64,000 nucleotides of DNA from Candidatus Helarchaeota archaeon (GTDB lineage Archaea; Asgardarchaeota; Lokiarchaeia; Helarchaeales; RDOG01): contig JALGVI010000011.1 in the NCBI GenBank assembly GCA_029838215.1, positions 26,705 to 90,704 of the forward strand. The letters are read 5' to 3'. The notes beneath the pieces are model-generated. The model was not told the DNA's origin and did no database searches. It saw only the letters and a program-made list of their open reading frames with translations. Numbering within the stretch: position 1 is the first letter of the stretch; each line of letters starts with the position of its first letter. A program made the position numbers and the translations under genes. Positions 40,282 through 50,974 of the stretch are shown here, piece after piece.

Positions 40282-41436
40282 GTGCATAAAACTTTCAGTA
40301 TCTTGAAATTCTCATTGGTAATGGCTTTCAGGTCGATGAACCACCGAAGATTTCGTTCAATTTTAACAGTTGTAGGGATCATGATCGGTATCATGACATT
40401 CGTCTCGCTAATGGCCATCACGTTAGGAATGCGCGAGCGAATCGCAACCGTCCTAGACCAATTTGTTGGTGCACCAATAATTGTTTCAAGTGAAATCAGC
40501 GGAATGGCTCCAGGCATCCCAGGGGCGATGATCGATCGCATTGAAGAAATAAGTGGAGTTGATGCTGCAAGTGGATATATCTTCGATTATATGCAAGTAG
40601 GTGCATCCTTTGCTGCAGTTATTGGAATGGAACCCGGCAATTTGGAATCCATGTTTGTCATAAACATCCAAGAAGGGCGGGACCTCGAACCCGGTGATAA
40701 ATTCGAGTGCATAGTTGGTCCTGCGTTAATTGAATATGATGTTGGGGATAAAATTGTTCTAACCGGTGTCACTGGAATTTCAACTGGATTCGCAGAGTTG
40801 ACTGTTGTAGGAAAATATGCAAGCACGGGCACCTCTATGGCTGACTCGGCAATCATCATGCCAATAGATGGACTCCAAGAAATTATGAACACGGAAAATG
40901 TTCAATTCATATTGGTCGAATGTAGTTATGATGTTGCCAGTTCCATCGCTAGGTCCATTAAAGATACATATCCTGATGCTACAATCATCGAAAGCCAAGA
41001 GATACTTGATATGGCAAATCAGATCATAGACATGATTAACATCATTTTGGGAATTCTTAGCGGCATCACGCTCCTAGTCGGAGCTATTGGGATAATGAAT
41101 ACCACGATGATGAACGTGCTAGAACGAACACGCGAAATTGGAATCTTGAAGTCCATTGGAGCAACTAGATCTGAGGTTGTCACCATCTTCATTATTGAAG
41201 CGTTAATAATGTCGATTATTGGAGGTGCTCTCGGTTGTATTTCTGGTGTTGTCATGGTCCTTACTCTGAGTCAATTGGCAACCATTTTCATGCCAAATGC
41301 CCTCCCTTACAGTTTTCCATCATATATTTTCGTTATAGGTGTCTTAATGGCATTGGTTATTGGTGCTGTATCCGCTCTCTATCCAAGCCTTCAAGCTGCT
41401 TCTGTCCGCCCCGTTGAAGCCTTACGATATGAATGA
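40282..41436 (+). CDS. MacB/FtsX-like ABC permease
   Basis: RSILTVVGIMIG, GIMNTTMMNVLERTREIGILKSIGA, PVEALRYE. Confidence 0.95.
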   Translation: MHKTFSILKFSLVMAFRSMNHRRFRSILTVVGIMIGIMTFVSLMAITLGMRERIATVLDQFVGAPIIVSSEISGMAPGIPGAMIDRIEEISGVDAASGYIFDYMQVGASFAAVIGMEPGNLESMFVINIQEGRDLEPGDKFECIVGPALIEYDVGDKIVLTGVTGISTGFAELTVVGKYASTGTSMADSAIIMPIDGLQEIMNTENVQFILVECSYDVASSIARSIKDTYPDATIIESQEILDMANQIIDMINIILGILSGITLLVGAIGIMNTTMMNVLERTREIGILKSIGATRSEVVTIFIIEALIMSIIGGALGCISGVVMVLTLSQLATIFMPNALPYSFPSYIFVIGVLMALVIGAVSALYPSLQAASVRPVEALRYE

Positions 41437-42200
41437 TTGATGAGGAGAAAAAAACAATGCAATCTACAAAATCTCTTGCACGTGTCGCAAACGATTCAGA
41501 ACTTTGCAAGACATTCATGAATAAGCATTTATTTGTTTTGATCTCCTTATTGCAAGAGCCTCAAGGCTTAAGGGTTTCTGATATTCATCGAATTCTTGAA
41601 GGAAATAAATCGTGGATTTGTAATATCCTTTTAAAACTCGAAAAACTTGATCTTACGACTCGAATAAAATATGATGACAAGCGAGAGGTTTATTACAAAC
41701 TCACGGAAAGGGGAGAACAAGTCGCCACTAATGGTTTGAATCTAACTTATGATCTATTAGAACACGAAGGATTCAAAATCCTCTGGGAATATAACCCTGT
41801 ATATTTAATATTTGGTTCAGACCTAGAAAAACAAGAGTTTTCAAATAAAATAATTCGCTATAGAAGCAAGATAAAGCACCTTCCACTGCATAAATACGTG
41901 GGAAAATTAACTATTTATGATAATTACTTGACAATTATCGGAAAAGATCCATTCTTGAAGAAATTCTTTTTCTTTAAATTGGATTATGACAATGTTTTAG
42001 ACATTATCTTTGATTATGATAATCAATATAAAGGAAGATACGGTTCAATTCTTTCAAAACCGGTCAGAATTGATTTTTCACGATTGAATTCCAAATCTGA
42101 CTCCATCTATTTATTCATAGAATGGTCCCGATCATTTAAAACTGCCAAAAAAAACAAGGAATTCTATGAAAAATTAAAGGAAATTTTAAACGGTGAGTAA
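41433..42200 (+). CDS. MarR-like winged-helix protein with a PH-like C-terminal domain
   Basis: LRVSDIHRIL..NKSWICNILLKLEKLDL...YYKLTERGE; beta-rich C-terminal half ending in a helix. Confidence 0.7.
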   Translation: MIDEEKKTMQSTKSLARVANDSELCKTFMNKHLFVLISLLQEPQGLRVSDIHRILEGNKSWICNILLKLEKLDLTTRIKYDDKREVYYKLTERGEQVATNGLNLTYDLLEHEGFKILWEYNPVYLIFGSDLEKQEFSNKIIRYRSKIKHLPLHKYVGKLTIYDNYLTIIGKDPFLKKFFFFKLDYDNVLDIIFDYDNQYKGRYGSILSKPVRIDFSRLNSKSDSIYLFIEWSRSFKTAKKNKEFYEKLKEILNGE

Positions 42201-42202
42201 TT

Positions 42203-43183
42203 TTGGCTCGAGACATGATTAAACTCCGAAATATCAGGAAGATTTATGATTTAGGAGAAGTTAAAGTCCACGCTCTAAGAGGAGTATCACTTACAGTTAA
42301 AGAACGTGAATTCACGTGTATTATGGGCCCGTCTGGCTCTGGCAAGACTACATTGCTTAATATGGTTGGAGCATTAGATACTCCCACTTCTGGTCGCGTG
42401 ATCGTGGATGGAATTGACATTACCGACTTCAGCGAAGACCAAGTGGGAGATATTCGTTGCCGAAAGATCGGTTTCGTGTTTCAATTCTTTAACCTCTTAC
42501 CTCTATTAACCAGCCTTGAAAATGTCGAACTTCCAATGATGTTTCTGGGTGAACTCTCCCCTGCCGAAGCAACGTCTCGTGCCAAGGACTTGCTCACGAT
42601 TGTTGGACTTGAAAAACGCCTTTATCATCGCCCTGTGGAACTAAGCGGTGGACAACAGCAGCGTGTAGCAATTGCACGTGCATTTGCAAATAACCCTGCA
42701 CTCATCTTGGCTGATGAACCAACAGGTAACGTGGATACGCTGACTGGCGTGGAAATATTGAGATTGATGAAAAGACTAAATCGAGAAGAAGGTCAAACGT
42801 TTGTCATTATCACGCACGACCCGGGCGTTGCAGGTGTTTCCTCGCGAAGTGTTTATGTCGTAGACGGTCGAATCACGGATCGCGTGCCAGAAGGCGTAGC
42901 ACCACCCAGCGATCATATCGCAAGGCGAATGTACGAACCAATAAACGTAAAAATTGAAAAGATAAAGAAACTTAAAGCCGAGCTTTACAAATATCAACAG
43001 GACTTCCAGCTTTTTCTCAAGCGAAAAAATGAAATCGATCCAATATTATATCGAAAGGCCAAGAATGATTTTATATCACGCATAAATGACTTGCAAAAAA
43101 CCATTTTAGCCGCCATTCAAACCACGCATGAGAAGTTCATTTTTGACCAAGTAAAGGTTCAAGGAGGAAAGAAAAATGAATAA
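42203..43183 (+). CDS. LolD/MacB-like ABC ATPase with a C-terminal helical extension
   Basis: GPSGSGKT, LSGGQQQR, ILADEPTG, ITHD; about 85 extra aa at the C-terminus. Confidence 0.95.
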   Translation: MARDMIKLRNIRKIYDLGEVKVHALRGVSLTVKEREFTCIMGPSGSGKTTLLNMVGALDTPTSGRVIVDGIDITDFSEDQVGDIRCRKIGFVFQFFNLLPLLTSLENVELPMMFLGELSPAEATSRAKDLLTIVGLEKRLYHRPVELSGGQQQRVAIARAFANNPALILADEPTGNVDTLTGVEILRLMKRLNREEGQTFVIITHDPGVAGVSSRSVYVVDGRITDRVPEGVAPPSDHIARRMYEPINVKIEKIKKLKAELYKYQQDFQLFLKRKNEIDPILYRKAKNDFISRINDLQKTILAAIQTTHEKFIFDQVKVQGGKKNE

Positions 43184-46100
43184 AAACAAAAAAATTACAG
43201 GATTATTACTAGTTTCCTTTCTAATTCTATCAATGGTTATAAGTACCATTACTATCTGTGCAATGTTATTATTGAAAAATCCCTCATCATACATGTCAAA
43301 TCCAAATAATCACGTGCTCTTGACTGCAAGTGGGTCTGAAAACGTGACAAACCTCGTCGTGACGAAAACAGAAACAATTCAAGTTAATGTGATGCCTGAT
43401 GGAACCATCGAAAAACCGAAAGTCACGATTAATATCATCATTCAAAATCTGGCAGAAACCGGAACTCGTTTCGATTTCTTAGATCGCATCGAAATGGGCA
43501 TTCCCGAAACATTAAGTCTCTTACTTGACACGCCAACTCCAGAAACTTCTTACGAACATGACGTGTTTTATTTAAACTGGACCGACATTGAGATTGATGG
43601 TCTCGAAACATACACGCTTGATTATACCATTGAATCCAATAAAATGGTTCCAATTAATGTCAGCGTTGCGTATTATGTTGATGGTGAACATGTGAACGTC
43701 AGTTCCGATAATAAGATTTCAGTACCGGAAAAATCCAATCTAACCTGCTATTTCACGCTTGCAAATAATCACGAAGGTTATTTCCTGACGGAAGGTCCTC
43801 AAAATCCGATGGCATTTGCTCTCATTTCTGCAAATCTTCCTTCTGAAACCATTGGAGACATAACGTCAAATCCTCCACCGCTACTTGAAGCTGATGTATC
43901 TCTTCTCAGACAAGTCACGTGGTTCACTTTGCTCACGGAAAATTCAACGGTGTTCAATTGGACTGCACCCATCGAAAGTGGCGGAGGATGGGGAATCATC
44001 GAATTAGAACCCCTGAGTATCACGATTACACAGAGTAAATCAATGACCGATACCGTAACGGGAGGTGTTTCTGCCCTTCTCGGTTCACTGATGGGTATTG
44101 AAGGATTCTGGTCATATTTCGTCGTGGAATCAATTATTGATCAATTAAGTCTTCTTGATAACGTCATGGAACTATTCGTCGACATGTTAATGGGCGAAAT
44201 GGGCGTGATGGACACAATAATGTACTCCGCGTTGGGCAATATCGACTTTACTGCCGGAACTGAAGCCATTTTCACATCCCTCGAACAAAATAGCTCTCTA
44301 TTTTCCCTGTTCAAGTTGGATTATTTGCTCGACTTCCTTGAAGGAGTGGATGACGATCAGTTTGGACTCGTTGTTAATACAAAATCGCAAATTACCGGCA
44401 TTGTCGAACAGGTTAAAACGGGACTCGTGGCTTCTATCGGAGCCCAAATCATTTCTCTTCTGGGCTCACCGGTAAATATCACGATTCAAGAACTAAACCG
44501 AACCCAAAGAATTTGGAATAGTTCCTCTTTTATGGGATATGAATTGACTGATGCAATCATCAGTAATGATTTAGACCAAAATAACATTCCTGAAATCCTT
44601 TTAGCACTATACAATTCAAGTGCAGATGAATCAATCATAGTAGCTCTTGAATACGACAAAGATACATCTGAATACGTGCAAGTTTGGAACTCAACTCAAA
44701 GTCCTAATGTATTATACAATATTCCCCCACTAGGATCAACCACCATAAATGGTAGAATCAATCAGGGTTGTTTGAAAGTTGGAGATCTAGACGAAGATGA
44801 TGATCGTGAAATAATAGTCGGAACTACACACAAAGATCTCATCGTATTTGAATGGACCAACGAACTTCTCACGCATAGTTTTGACTATCTTGGTGGCGGA
44901 CCTTTATATCGACGCCATAACCTTCAACTCAGTGATACAAGTGCTAATGTTTCATCTGTTCTCGCTCCCGATACTCCCTTGAATTCAAGTTCTAAAAGTC
45001 TTATATTCGGACTCATGAATGGAACCATCATTTTAGCGGATGTAGGAAATATGGGAGGAAATCATGCTGCCCTGAGCATCACCACCAACTGGCACAAAGA
45101 CATGCAGGGCACGATTACGGACATCTCTGTTGGTAATACAGATGCTGATTCCTTCCCTGAACTAATCTTCCGGAATGAGTCCATGGTTTTCATTTATGAA
45201 AACATTACTGACATCAGCGGATTATCTGATGGACTCCAGCCTTTATGGAACTTGTCCAATTCCATGGACACCATGATCGCAGGTTACTCGAATGGAAATG
45301 GTAAATCCGAATTGATTGCCATTAATGGCACGCACGTAAATGTCACCGAGGCAATCGTGTCTACAAATACAACAGCCATATCACCTACCGTGATTGTTAC
45401 ATATGAAACCCTAGAAGGATATAATGAAAGTCTCTGGAATACGAAATATTCCTCTTCTATTGATAATTCCACGAATTTTACAAATGTCGCCATCGGTGAT
45501 ATGAATGAAAATGGGCTGAAAGAAATAATTACCGCAAATGAGAATGGTTCTATCTTCATCTACGAAAATATTAATCAAGAAAATTATCATCAAATCCTCG
45601 AATTTACTGATTCTGCCGAATTCGGCTCCAGCGGATTTTGCCTCGGAGATGTTAATGATGATAATCATCCCGAATTTATCTTATTGGGTAATGACTCACG
45701 CGTCCACGTTATAGAACGACTATTTCCTTCGATAGGAGCTTCGATTAACATCTATGCAAACCTGACCAGAGACCCAATTGACAACATGAAAACAGACCTT
45801 TATACAAGAATTAACGTGAGCAATCTCGCCATCGATTTATTTGGCGGTTTCGCTCCTCTCACGATTAATCAACAATATGTCTATGATGGAGATGGCCCTC
45901 AAGTAATCCACGTCGCTACAAAATTTAGTGAAAACTATACTACCGAATCAAAGAAATCGGTTATTGTAAATCACACTCTTCGTGATACTCCCAATAGTGT
46001 TGAAGGAATATGGGAAGATGGCGTGGGAACAGATAAATATAATCCCGATGGCACATATTCTTACCTAGAAGATGGTAAAACCAACTTGACACTAGGATCT

Positions 46101-49100
46101 GGACAAGAATTCACTTACAATAACACGAATGTTACGGTGAATTATACGGCTTACGTATTGGTAGATCCTATATATGGTTATAATCTTACTACATTTCCTC
46201 CATATGATTATGTTTCACCTGGAACTGGCTCTACATTTCCTGCTATCTATCCATTCTTAGTTGAACAACTCCAAACGAGCACTTCTTCTCTATTCAAGTT
46301 CTTGGGTAATCTAACCTCTTCCGTAGTCAAGTTATACATGCTCTTAAATGCGACCATCACTGAAATACCGACATTATCGGGAGGAAAACCGATCACGTTT
46401 AGGTCTGGATTCAGCCCAGCAGGACTTGTCCAAGACTTCTCGCTATTCCAACCAAAAGAAACGCCATTTGGAACTCAAGGTGCAGGAGTTGCTTCTTCTG
46501 ACCTAGGCGTTGGCTTCGGCATGGATTCCAGCTTTGCAGGCATGACAGGCCAATTTGGAATGGGTGACATGAATGAAACATTTTCCGATTTTTACTTCGA
46601 TTCGTTACTCCAGATTTTCCTGAATCCTTCACTTGCCGCACGATTTGTTTATAATTTCACCATAGACGGCAACTTCACGAATTTTGCAGATCCCATTTTC
46701 CTTCCAAATCCCGAAAATATCGTGATTAATTCATTCGACTTATCAGATCCTCAAGCAATGCTTGACATGTTTAATGAAGGTATAGAAGTTCTCGGCAACT
46801 ATACCGAGAAACAAAACGTTACGAGTAGTCTAGATTTTACCCCGATTCTACTTGAAGACATCAATAATGATGGATATAATGATACGTTGGTTGGAATTAA
46901 CGGTTTCTATCCATACTATCAAATCTTTGCAATTTCTGGGCAAGACAATTCTTTCCTTTGGAATTTCACCACGCGCGGTGCCGTTGTTTCCATGACAACC
47001 AATTTAACTTCCAAAGAATTAGTCGTCGTTACAAATGATGCCGATTATAACTTCTTGAATGAAACTTCCAACATACTATACAAGATTAATTTGACAGACG
47101 GTTCAATCATTGATGGTAAAAATGGCGTGCAGATGACCTGTAACGAAAGTCTAAATTTCTTCTACGGTAATGATGCCTCATATATCGGCGACCCGATGTT
47201 TTCAATCCAGGATAGAGATACTTATGAAGTCAGCTTCAAACCCTTGCGATATGATTCCGATAATTTTACTATCTTCACGTTCCTCAATGAAATGAAAGGA
47301 TTTCAAGCATCAAGTTCTGGAAATGATGTAGTGTATGATGTATCTTCTTGGACTTACGATGCACTGTCTTTAATCCAAGATCAATTCTTTGTCGATCTTG
47401 ATGGTGACGGTATTGAGGAAATTGTCATTTCAACAGCAAGTGGACATGTTTTTGCCATTAACAAGACAGGTAGTGAAGTTTGGAGATATAAGACCAAAAG
47501 CATCATTAGAGGCATTGAAATCGGCGATATAAACAAGGATACTCACCCTGATATAATTGTCGGCTGTATCGATGGGACCATTCATGCAATTGATGCAAAT
47601 GGAACTCGCCAATGGACCCATGATTTTACAGGCAATCTCATTCATGACGTGACCCTTTTCGACTTCAATGATGATGGCGATCTCGAGACCATTGTCAGCG
47701 GTAGTGATTATTGCTTGCATGCCATCAATAGAACAGGTGATCTTATTTGGACTTTTAATTCTTCAAATAATTTAGCCCTGAATAATTCGGTGACCATCGA
47801 TTCGGTGAATTTGGCAATTTTAAATACCACGCTAACGGCAGTATTCGGTGCAAGCGATAACGTCCTGTATTTCTTAAACATTACTAACAACACGGCACCA
47901 AGTTACACTCAACAATTCTACCTTGGAAATCAAATTACCACCTTTCAGATGTACCGAACGAACGAAACCATTTCGCTTCAATATAATTTACCTGATAACA
48001 TCATCTCCATGTTGGGATCATTGACATCAACCAACTTTGAAAGCATGCTAAGCGATCTACAATCAGGATTTGATTTTGATCTTTCAATGGGCGCCCTAAG
48101 TGGACTTGATTTCATGGGAATGGGAATGGATTCATCAATGCTCCAATTCGGTCAAAGTTTTAATCTGAGCGAGTTGATTGACTTGAATAACTTCACGATC
48201 GGTATCGGGCTACTCAACCTGATTCTTTCAGAAGCCGAATATCTCATTCAATTGCAAGATTGGAGCACCCTCTCTCGAACTCAACGGGAATACACGGGTA
48301 AGTGTGATGTAATTGATACTGGAGTAGACGTGTCATATCAGACCACAAATCGTTCGAATGGAAATGTCATATGGTACGATATCACTAATGAAGACATGTT
48401 CTATGACCTCCGCGTGAATTACTTCTCGATAATGGTAAACGATAGCGGCGATGCAATTGATTGGGATCGGATCCAATTTTTGGCTTGGAACGGCACGGAC
48501 TATGTTGATCTGATGAATAATTCCATCTACAACATCACGTTAGATACGTTGGACATCACGATGAAGAACGTGCAGGATTCTTCAGGGCTGTATAACCATA
48601 CTGAAATTCGGTTCCGACCGTTCTTGACAGTTCCTACTGAAGAAACTAAAAACATCACGCTTGACTGGCTGGGTAGACCCATATTCCTAAATATTTCTGG
48701 CTCCTACAATCTATCATGCTGGAGTGACGTTAGCATTATATTACCATCCGTGACTTACGTTAGTGTCACTTCCACGTACACGACTGCAGTAACATATCCA
48801 CTTATTATTGTATTCGACGTAGGAGATATATACATTCCTCCTGCTCCGTATCAGCCGAATATTTTGGAAGAAATACTCACGAATCCAATTTTCTACTTCA
48901 TTCTCATTGCCATCACCATGATGTTTCTTGAAGTGGCATATTTATACAAGCGAGACCGGTTCAAGCTCCATAAAAAAGGATCAAAGAATGTCATCAATTG
49001 GTTGAAACGAAGGGAAAAAGGCTGGGAAATTCTGGCTCAAAACGGAATTCTCTATCCAGAACAAGTAGAAGTGCTAAAACGGTTTAAACTACGCATTCAA

Positions 49101-49895
49101 AGAGAAATGAAAGAATCAAGCTTCGTCACGGTCATCCGAGAAAAGCTTCCAAAGCGTCAATTCATTTATGCATGCCTGCGCACGTTCTTCTTATTTGATT
49201 ACATTCGGGACACGGGCAAGCGCTCCCGACTTGCAATCGTCATGGATAGCATGGTCGATTCCACCTTGGTACCAATTCAAAAAGGATTAGTGAAATTTCT
49301 GACGGCATTGCAACACATTTTAATGGGCAAGAGTAAAAAAGCTAAACTCTTGGAACAACTCGAACGTGAAAAACGCGAACGCACTCCTGATGAAGCTCTT
49401 GTTTCAAAGAAAAAAGGCGACAAAATAACTTCTAAATCGAAAAAGAAACTCGAAACCGATGGAGGAGTCCTGAACAAAAGAATCCAATCCGTAAAGAAAA
49501 GACTTCCCAATTTCTATACACCTGAAGGAAAAGTATTCTATACACTATCAAAAAACAGATTTATAGGCACCACAATGGAACAACTCTCAAAAGAACTGAA
49601 AATCCCTATCATCGAACTCCTCCCAACCGTAATTCGGCTCTATGAGAAGGGATTGCTCATCCTTTTACAAGAAGGTGATTCAATCGCTGATGATCTTTGG
49701 GACATTGCCAGCACCCTGCGGAAACAAGATCCCGACATTGAAAAGATAATTTATAGCATGAAAACGCTTGAAGAATCATTGACCGAAACGCTAGCGGAAT
49801 TATTGACCAATAAAAAAATCTGCCCAAAATGCGGAACGACTATTGAAGAAAACGAAACCAAATGTTCCAAATGTGGCGAAGAAATTAAAAATTAG
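43176..49895 (+). CDS. Giant membrane protein with FG-GAP-like repeats and cytoplasmic winged helix / Zn ribbon
   Basis: N-terminal hydrophobic segment; about 10 Dx[DN]xDG-type loops (e.g. GDLDEDDDREIIVG, GDVNDDNHPEF, DLDGDGIEEIV); TM near 48888-48947; C-terminal wHTH and CPKC...CSKC. Confidence 0.85.
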   Translation: MNKNKKITGLLLVSFLILSMVISTITICAMLLLKNPSSYMSNPNNHVLLTASGSENVTNLVVTKTETIQVNVMPDGTIEKPKVTINIIIQNLAETGTRFDFLDRIEMGIPETLSLLLDTPTPETSYEHDVFYLNWTDIEIDGLETYTLDYTIESNKMVPINVSVAYYVDGEHVNVSSDNKISVPEKSNLTCYFTLANNHEGYFLTEGPQNPMAFALISANLPSETIGDITSNPPPLLEADVSLLRQVTWFTLLTENSTVFNWTAPIESGGGWGIIELEPLSITITQSKSMTDTVTGGVSALLGSLMGIEGFWSYFVVESIIDQLSLLDNVMELFVDMLMGEMGVMDTIMYSALGNIDFTAGTEAIFTSLEQNSSLFSLFKLDYLLDFLEGVDDDQFGLVVNTKSQITGIVEQVKTGLVASIGAQIISLLGSPVNITIQELNRTQRIWNSSSFMGYELTDAIISNDLDQNNIPEILLALYNSSADESIIVALEYDKDTSEYVQVWNSTQSPNVLYNIPPLGSTTINGRINQGCLKVGDLDEDDDREIIVGTTHKDLIVFEWTNELLTHSFDYLGGGPLYRRHNLQLSDTSANVSSVLAPDTPLNSSSKSLIFGLMNGTIILADVGNMGGNHAALSITTNWHKDMQGTITDISVGNTDADSFPELIFRNESMVFIYENITDISGLSDGLQPLWNLSNSMDTMIAGYSNGNGKSELIAINGTHVNVTEAIVSTNTTAISPTVIVTYETLEGYNESLWNTKYSSSIDNSTNFTNVAIGDMNENGLKEIITANENGSIFIYENINQENYHQILEFTDSAEFGSSGFCLGDVNDDNHPEFILLGNDSRVHVIERLFPSIGASINIYANLTRDPIDNMKTDLYTRINVSNLAIDLFGGFAPLTINQQYVYDGDGPQVIHVATKFSENYTTESKKSVIVNHTLRDTPNSVEGIWEDGVGTDKYNPDGTYSYLEDGKTNLTLGSGQEFTYNNTNVTVNYTAYVLVDPIYGYNLTTFPPYDYVSPGTGSTFPAIYPFLVEQLQTSTSSLFKFLGNLTSSVVKLYMLLNATITEIPTLSGGKPITFRSGFSPAGLVQDFSLFQPKETPFGTQGAGVASSDLGVGFGMDSSFAGMTGQFGMGDMNETFSDFYFDSLLQIFLNPSLAARFVYNFTIDGNFTNFADPIFLPNPENIVINSFDLSDPQAMLDMFNEGIEVLGNYTEKQNVTSSLDFTPILLEDINNDGYNDTLVGINGFYPYYQIFAISGQDNSFLWNFTTRGAVVSMTTNLTSKELVVVTNDADYNFLNETSNILYKINLTDGSIIDGKNGVQMTCNESLNFFYGNDASYIGDPMFSIQDRDTYEVSFKPLRYDSDNFTIFTFLNEMKGFQASSSGNDVVYDVSSWTYDALSLIQDQFFVDLDGDGIEEIVISTASGHVFAINKTGSEVWRYKTKSIIRGIEIGDINKDTHPDIIVGCIDGTIHAIDANGTRQWTHDFTGNLIHDVTLFDFNDDGDLETIVSGSDYCLHAINRTGDLIWTFNSSNNLALNNSVTIDSVNLAILNTTLTAVFGASDNVLYFLNITNNTAPSYTQQFYLGNQITTFQMYRTNETISLQYNLPDNIISMLGSLTSTNFESMLSDLQSGFDFDLSMGALSGLDFMGMGMDSSMLQFGQSFNLSELIDLNNFTIGIGLLNLILSEAEYLIQLQDWSTLSRTQREYTGKCDVIDTGVDVSYQTTNRSNGNVIWYDITNEDMFYDLRVNYFSIMVNDSGDAIDWDRIQFLAWNGTDYVDLMNNSIYNITLDTLDITMKNVQDSSGLYNHTEIRFRPFLTVPTEETKNITLDWLGRPIFLNISGSYNLSCWSDVSIILPSVTYVSVTSTYTTAVTYPLIIVFDVGDIYIPPAPYQPNILEEILTNPIFYFILIAITMMFLEVAYLYKRDRFKLHKKGSKNVINWLKRREKGWEILAQNGILYPEQVEVLKRFKLRIQREMKESSFVTVIREKLPKRQFIYACLRTFFLFDYIRDTGKRSRLAIVMDSMVDSTLVPIQKGLVKFLTALQHILMGKSKKAKLLEQLEREKRERTPDEALVSKKKGDKITSKSKKKLETDGGVLNKRIQSVKKRLPNFYTPEGKVFYTLSKNRFIGTTMEQLSKELKIPIIELLPTVIRLYEKGLLILLQEGDSIADDLWDIASTLRKQDPDIEKIIYSMKTLEESLTETLAELLTNKKICPKCGTTIEENETKCSKCGEEIKN

Positions 49896-49928
49896 TGTTT
49901 TTTTTGCATAACTATTTAATTCTTTTTT

Positions 49929-50534
49929 TTAATTATCAAAACTTTCTTCAGATACTCCCTTCGCAGAAATCATGATCAGGTCAATTCCATTTCCGGAAAG
50001 AGGATCTCTTTCTATTGCTGATCGAATTGCTTTCAGGACGAGTTGCTTGCCTTCATCTATTGTCATGTCCTCCTTGTAATCCTCTTCTAATACCCCTATC
50101 GCAACTTGCGATCCCGTTCCAATGGCAGCATACACGTCATCGATAATTGCTCCAACGAGATCAATGGAAAACAAATGAGCTCCTTCATGATCGAAGCCTG
50201 CAACCAACGTGTCGGTGAAATATGGAAAAATCCGTCTACTATACATTATTCCTGACATTAATTTCACGAGGCTTTTAACGCTGATTTTTCTGTCATGATC
50301 GAGCGTGAAAAGATTATTATATGCCTTTAACAAGCCCTGTACGACTTGAAAGTCCGATACCAATCCCGCACAAGCGATACCAACTGAATCTGAAATTTTA
50401 AAAACCTTTTTTCCAGTCTTACTCAAAATCCTACCGCCAAAATGAACCTTCTTTTCAGCTCCTAATACAATACCGTCCTTGCAAACGACACCAACAGTAG
50501 TAGCCCCTGGGGCCCATTGAATTCCAAAACTCAT
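49929..50534 (-). CDS. psmB: Proteasome beta subunit
   Basis: Short propeptide then GA|TTVG, AEKK, GTGS, RD..SG. Confidence 0.95.
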   Translation of the reverse strand: MSFGIQWAPGATTVGVVCKDGIVLGAEKKVHFGGRILSKTGKKVFKISDSVGIACAGLVSDFQVVQGLLKAYNNLFTLDHDRKISVKSLVKLMSGIMYSRRIFPYFTDTLVAGFDHEGAHLFSIDLVGAIIDDVYAAIGTGSQVAIGVLEEDYKEDMTIDEGKQLVLKAIRSAIERDPLSGNGIDLIMISAKGVSEESFDN

Positions 50535-50689
50535 TAAAATAAATCTCCTAAAACTTAATGGTTAAAAAGATGTAATATTTAATCGTTATAAAATTTTTTA
50601 CTAAATACAAATTGAAAACGTCATCCTAATCTAAATATGGCACTAAATTTTGATGATCAATGTCGTTTTCTGAGGAATGATAAATAAAA

Positions 50690-50959
50690 ATGCCGAGTCA
50701 GATACAAGCCATATTAAACCGAATTCGTTGGGACGATCAATTAAAATCCGTCCGCTCTGAAATCTCGATTACCTACATTCATCGCGGTGCCAAGAACGAT
50801 AAAAAAACAATTTTCTACTCCGAGATAGAAGATATCCTGCCTGCTTTTTTTACCATGAAAAACGAGACGCTTCCTGATGAAAAGACAAATATTCCATTTC
50901 ATCGGATTTTAGAAATCAAGAACATCAAAACAGGAGAAGTCCTATATAAAAAGAAATGA
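50690..50959 (+). CDS. DUF504 / MJ1316 RNA-repair-associated domain protein
   Basis: ILNRIRWD, YIHRG, IPFHRI.EI. Confidence 0.88.
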   Translation: MPSQIQAILNRIRWDDQLKSVRSEISITYIHRGAKNDKKTIFYSEIEDILPAFFTMKNETLPDEKTNIPFHRILEIKNIKTGEVLYKKK

Positions 50960-50974
50960 AGTGATTTAAAGGCA

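Noticed and set aside
43176-49895. True integrin-alpha orthology of the giant protein
   Set aside because: FG-GAP-like loops are widespread in prokaryotes; there is no GFFKR motif and no beta partner.
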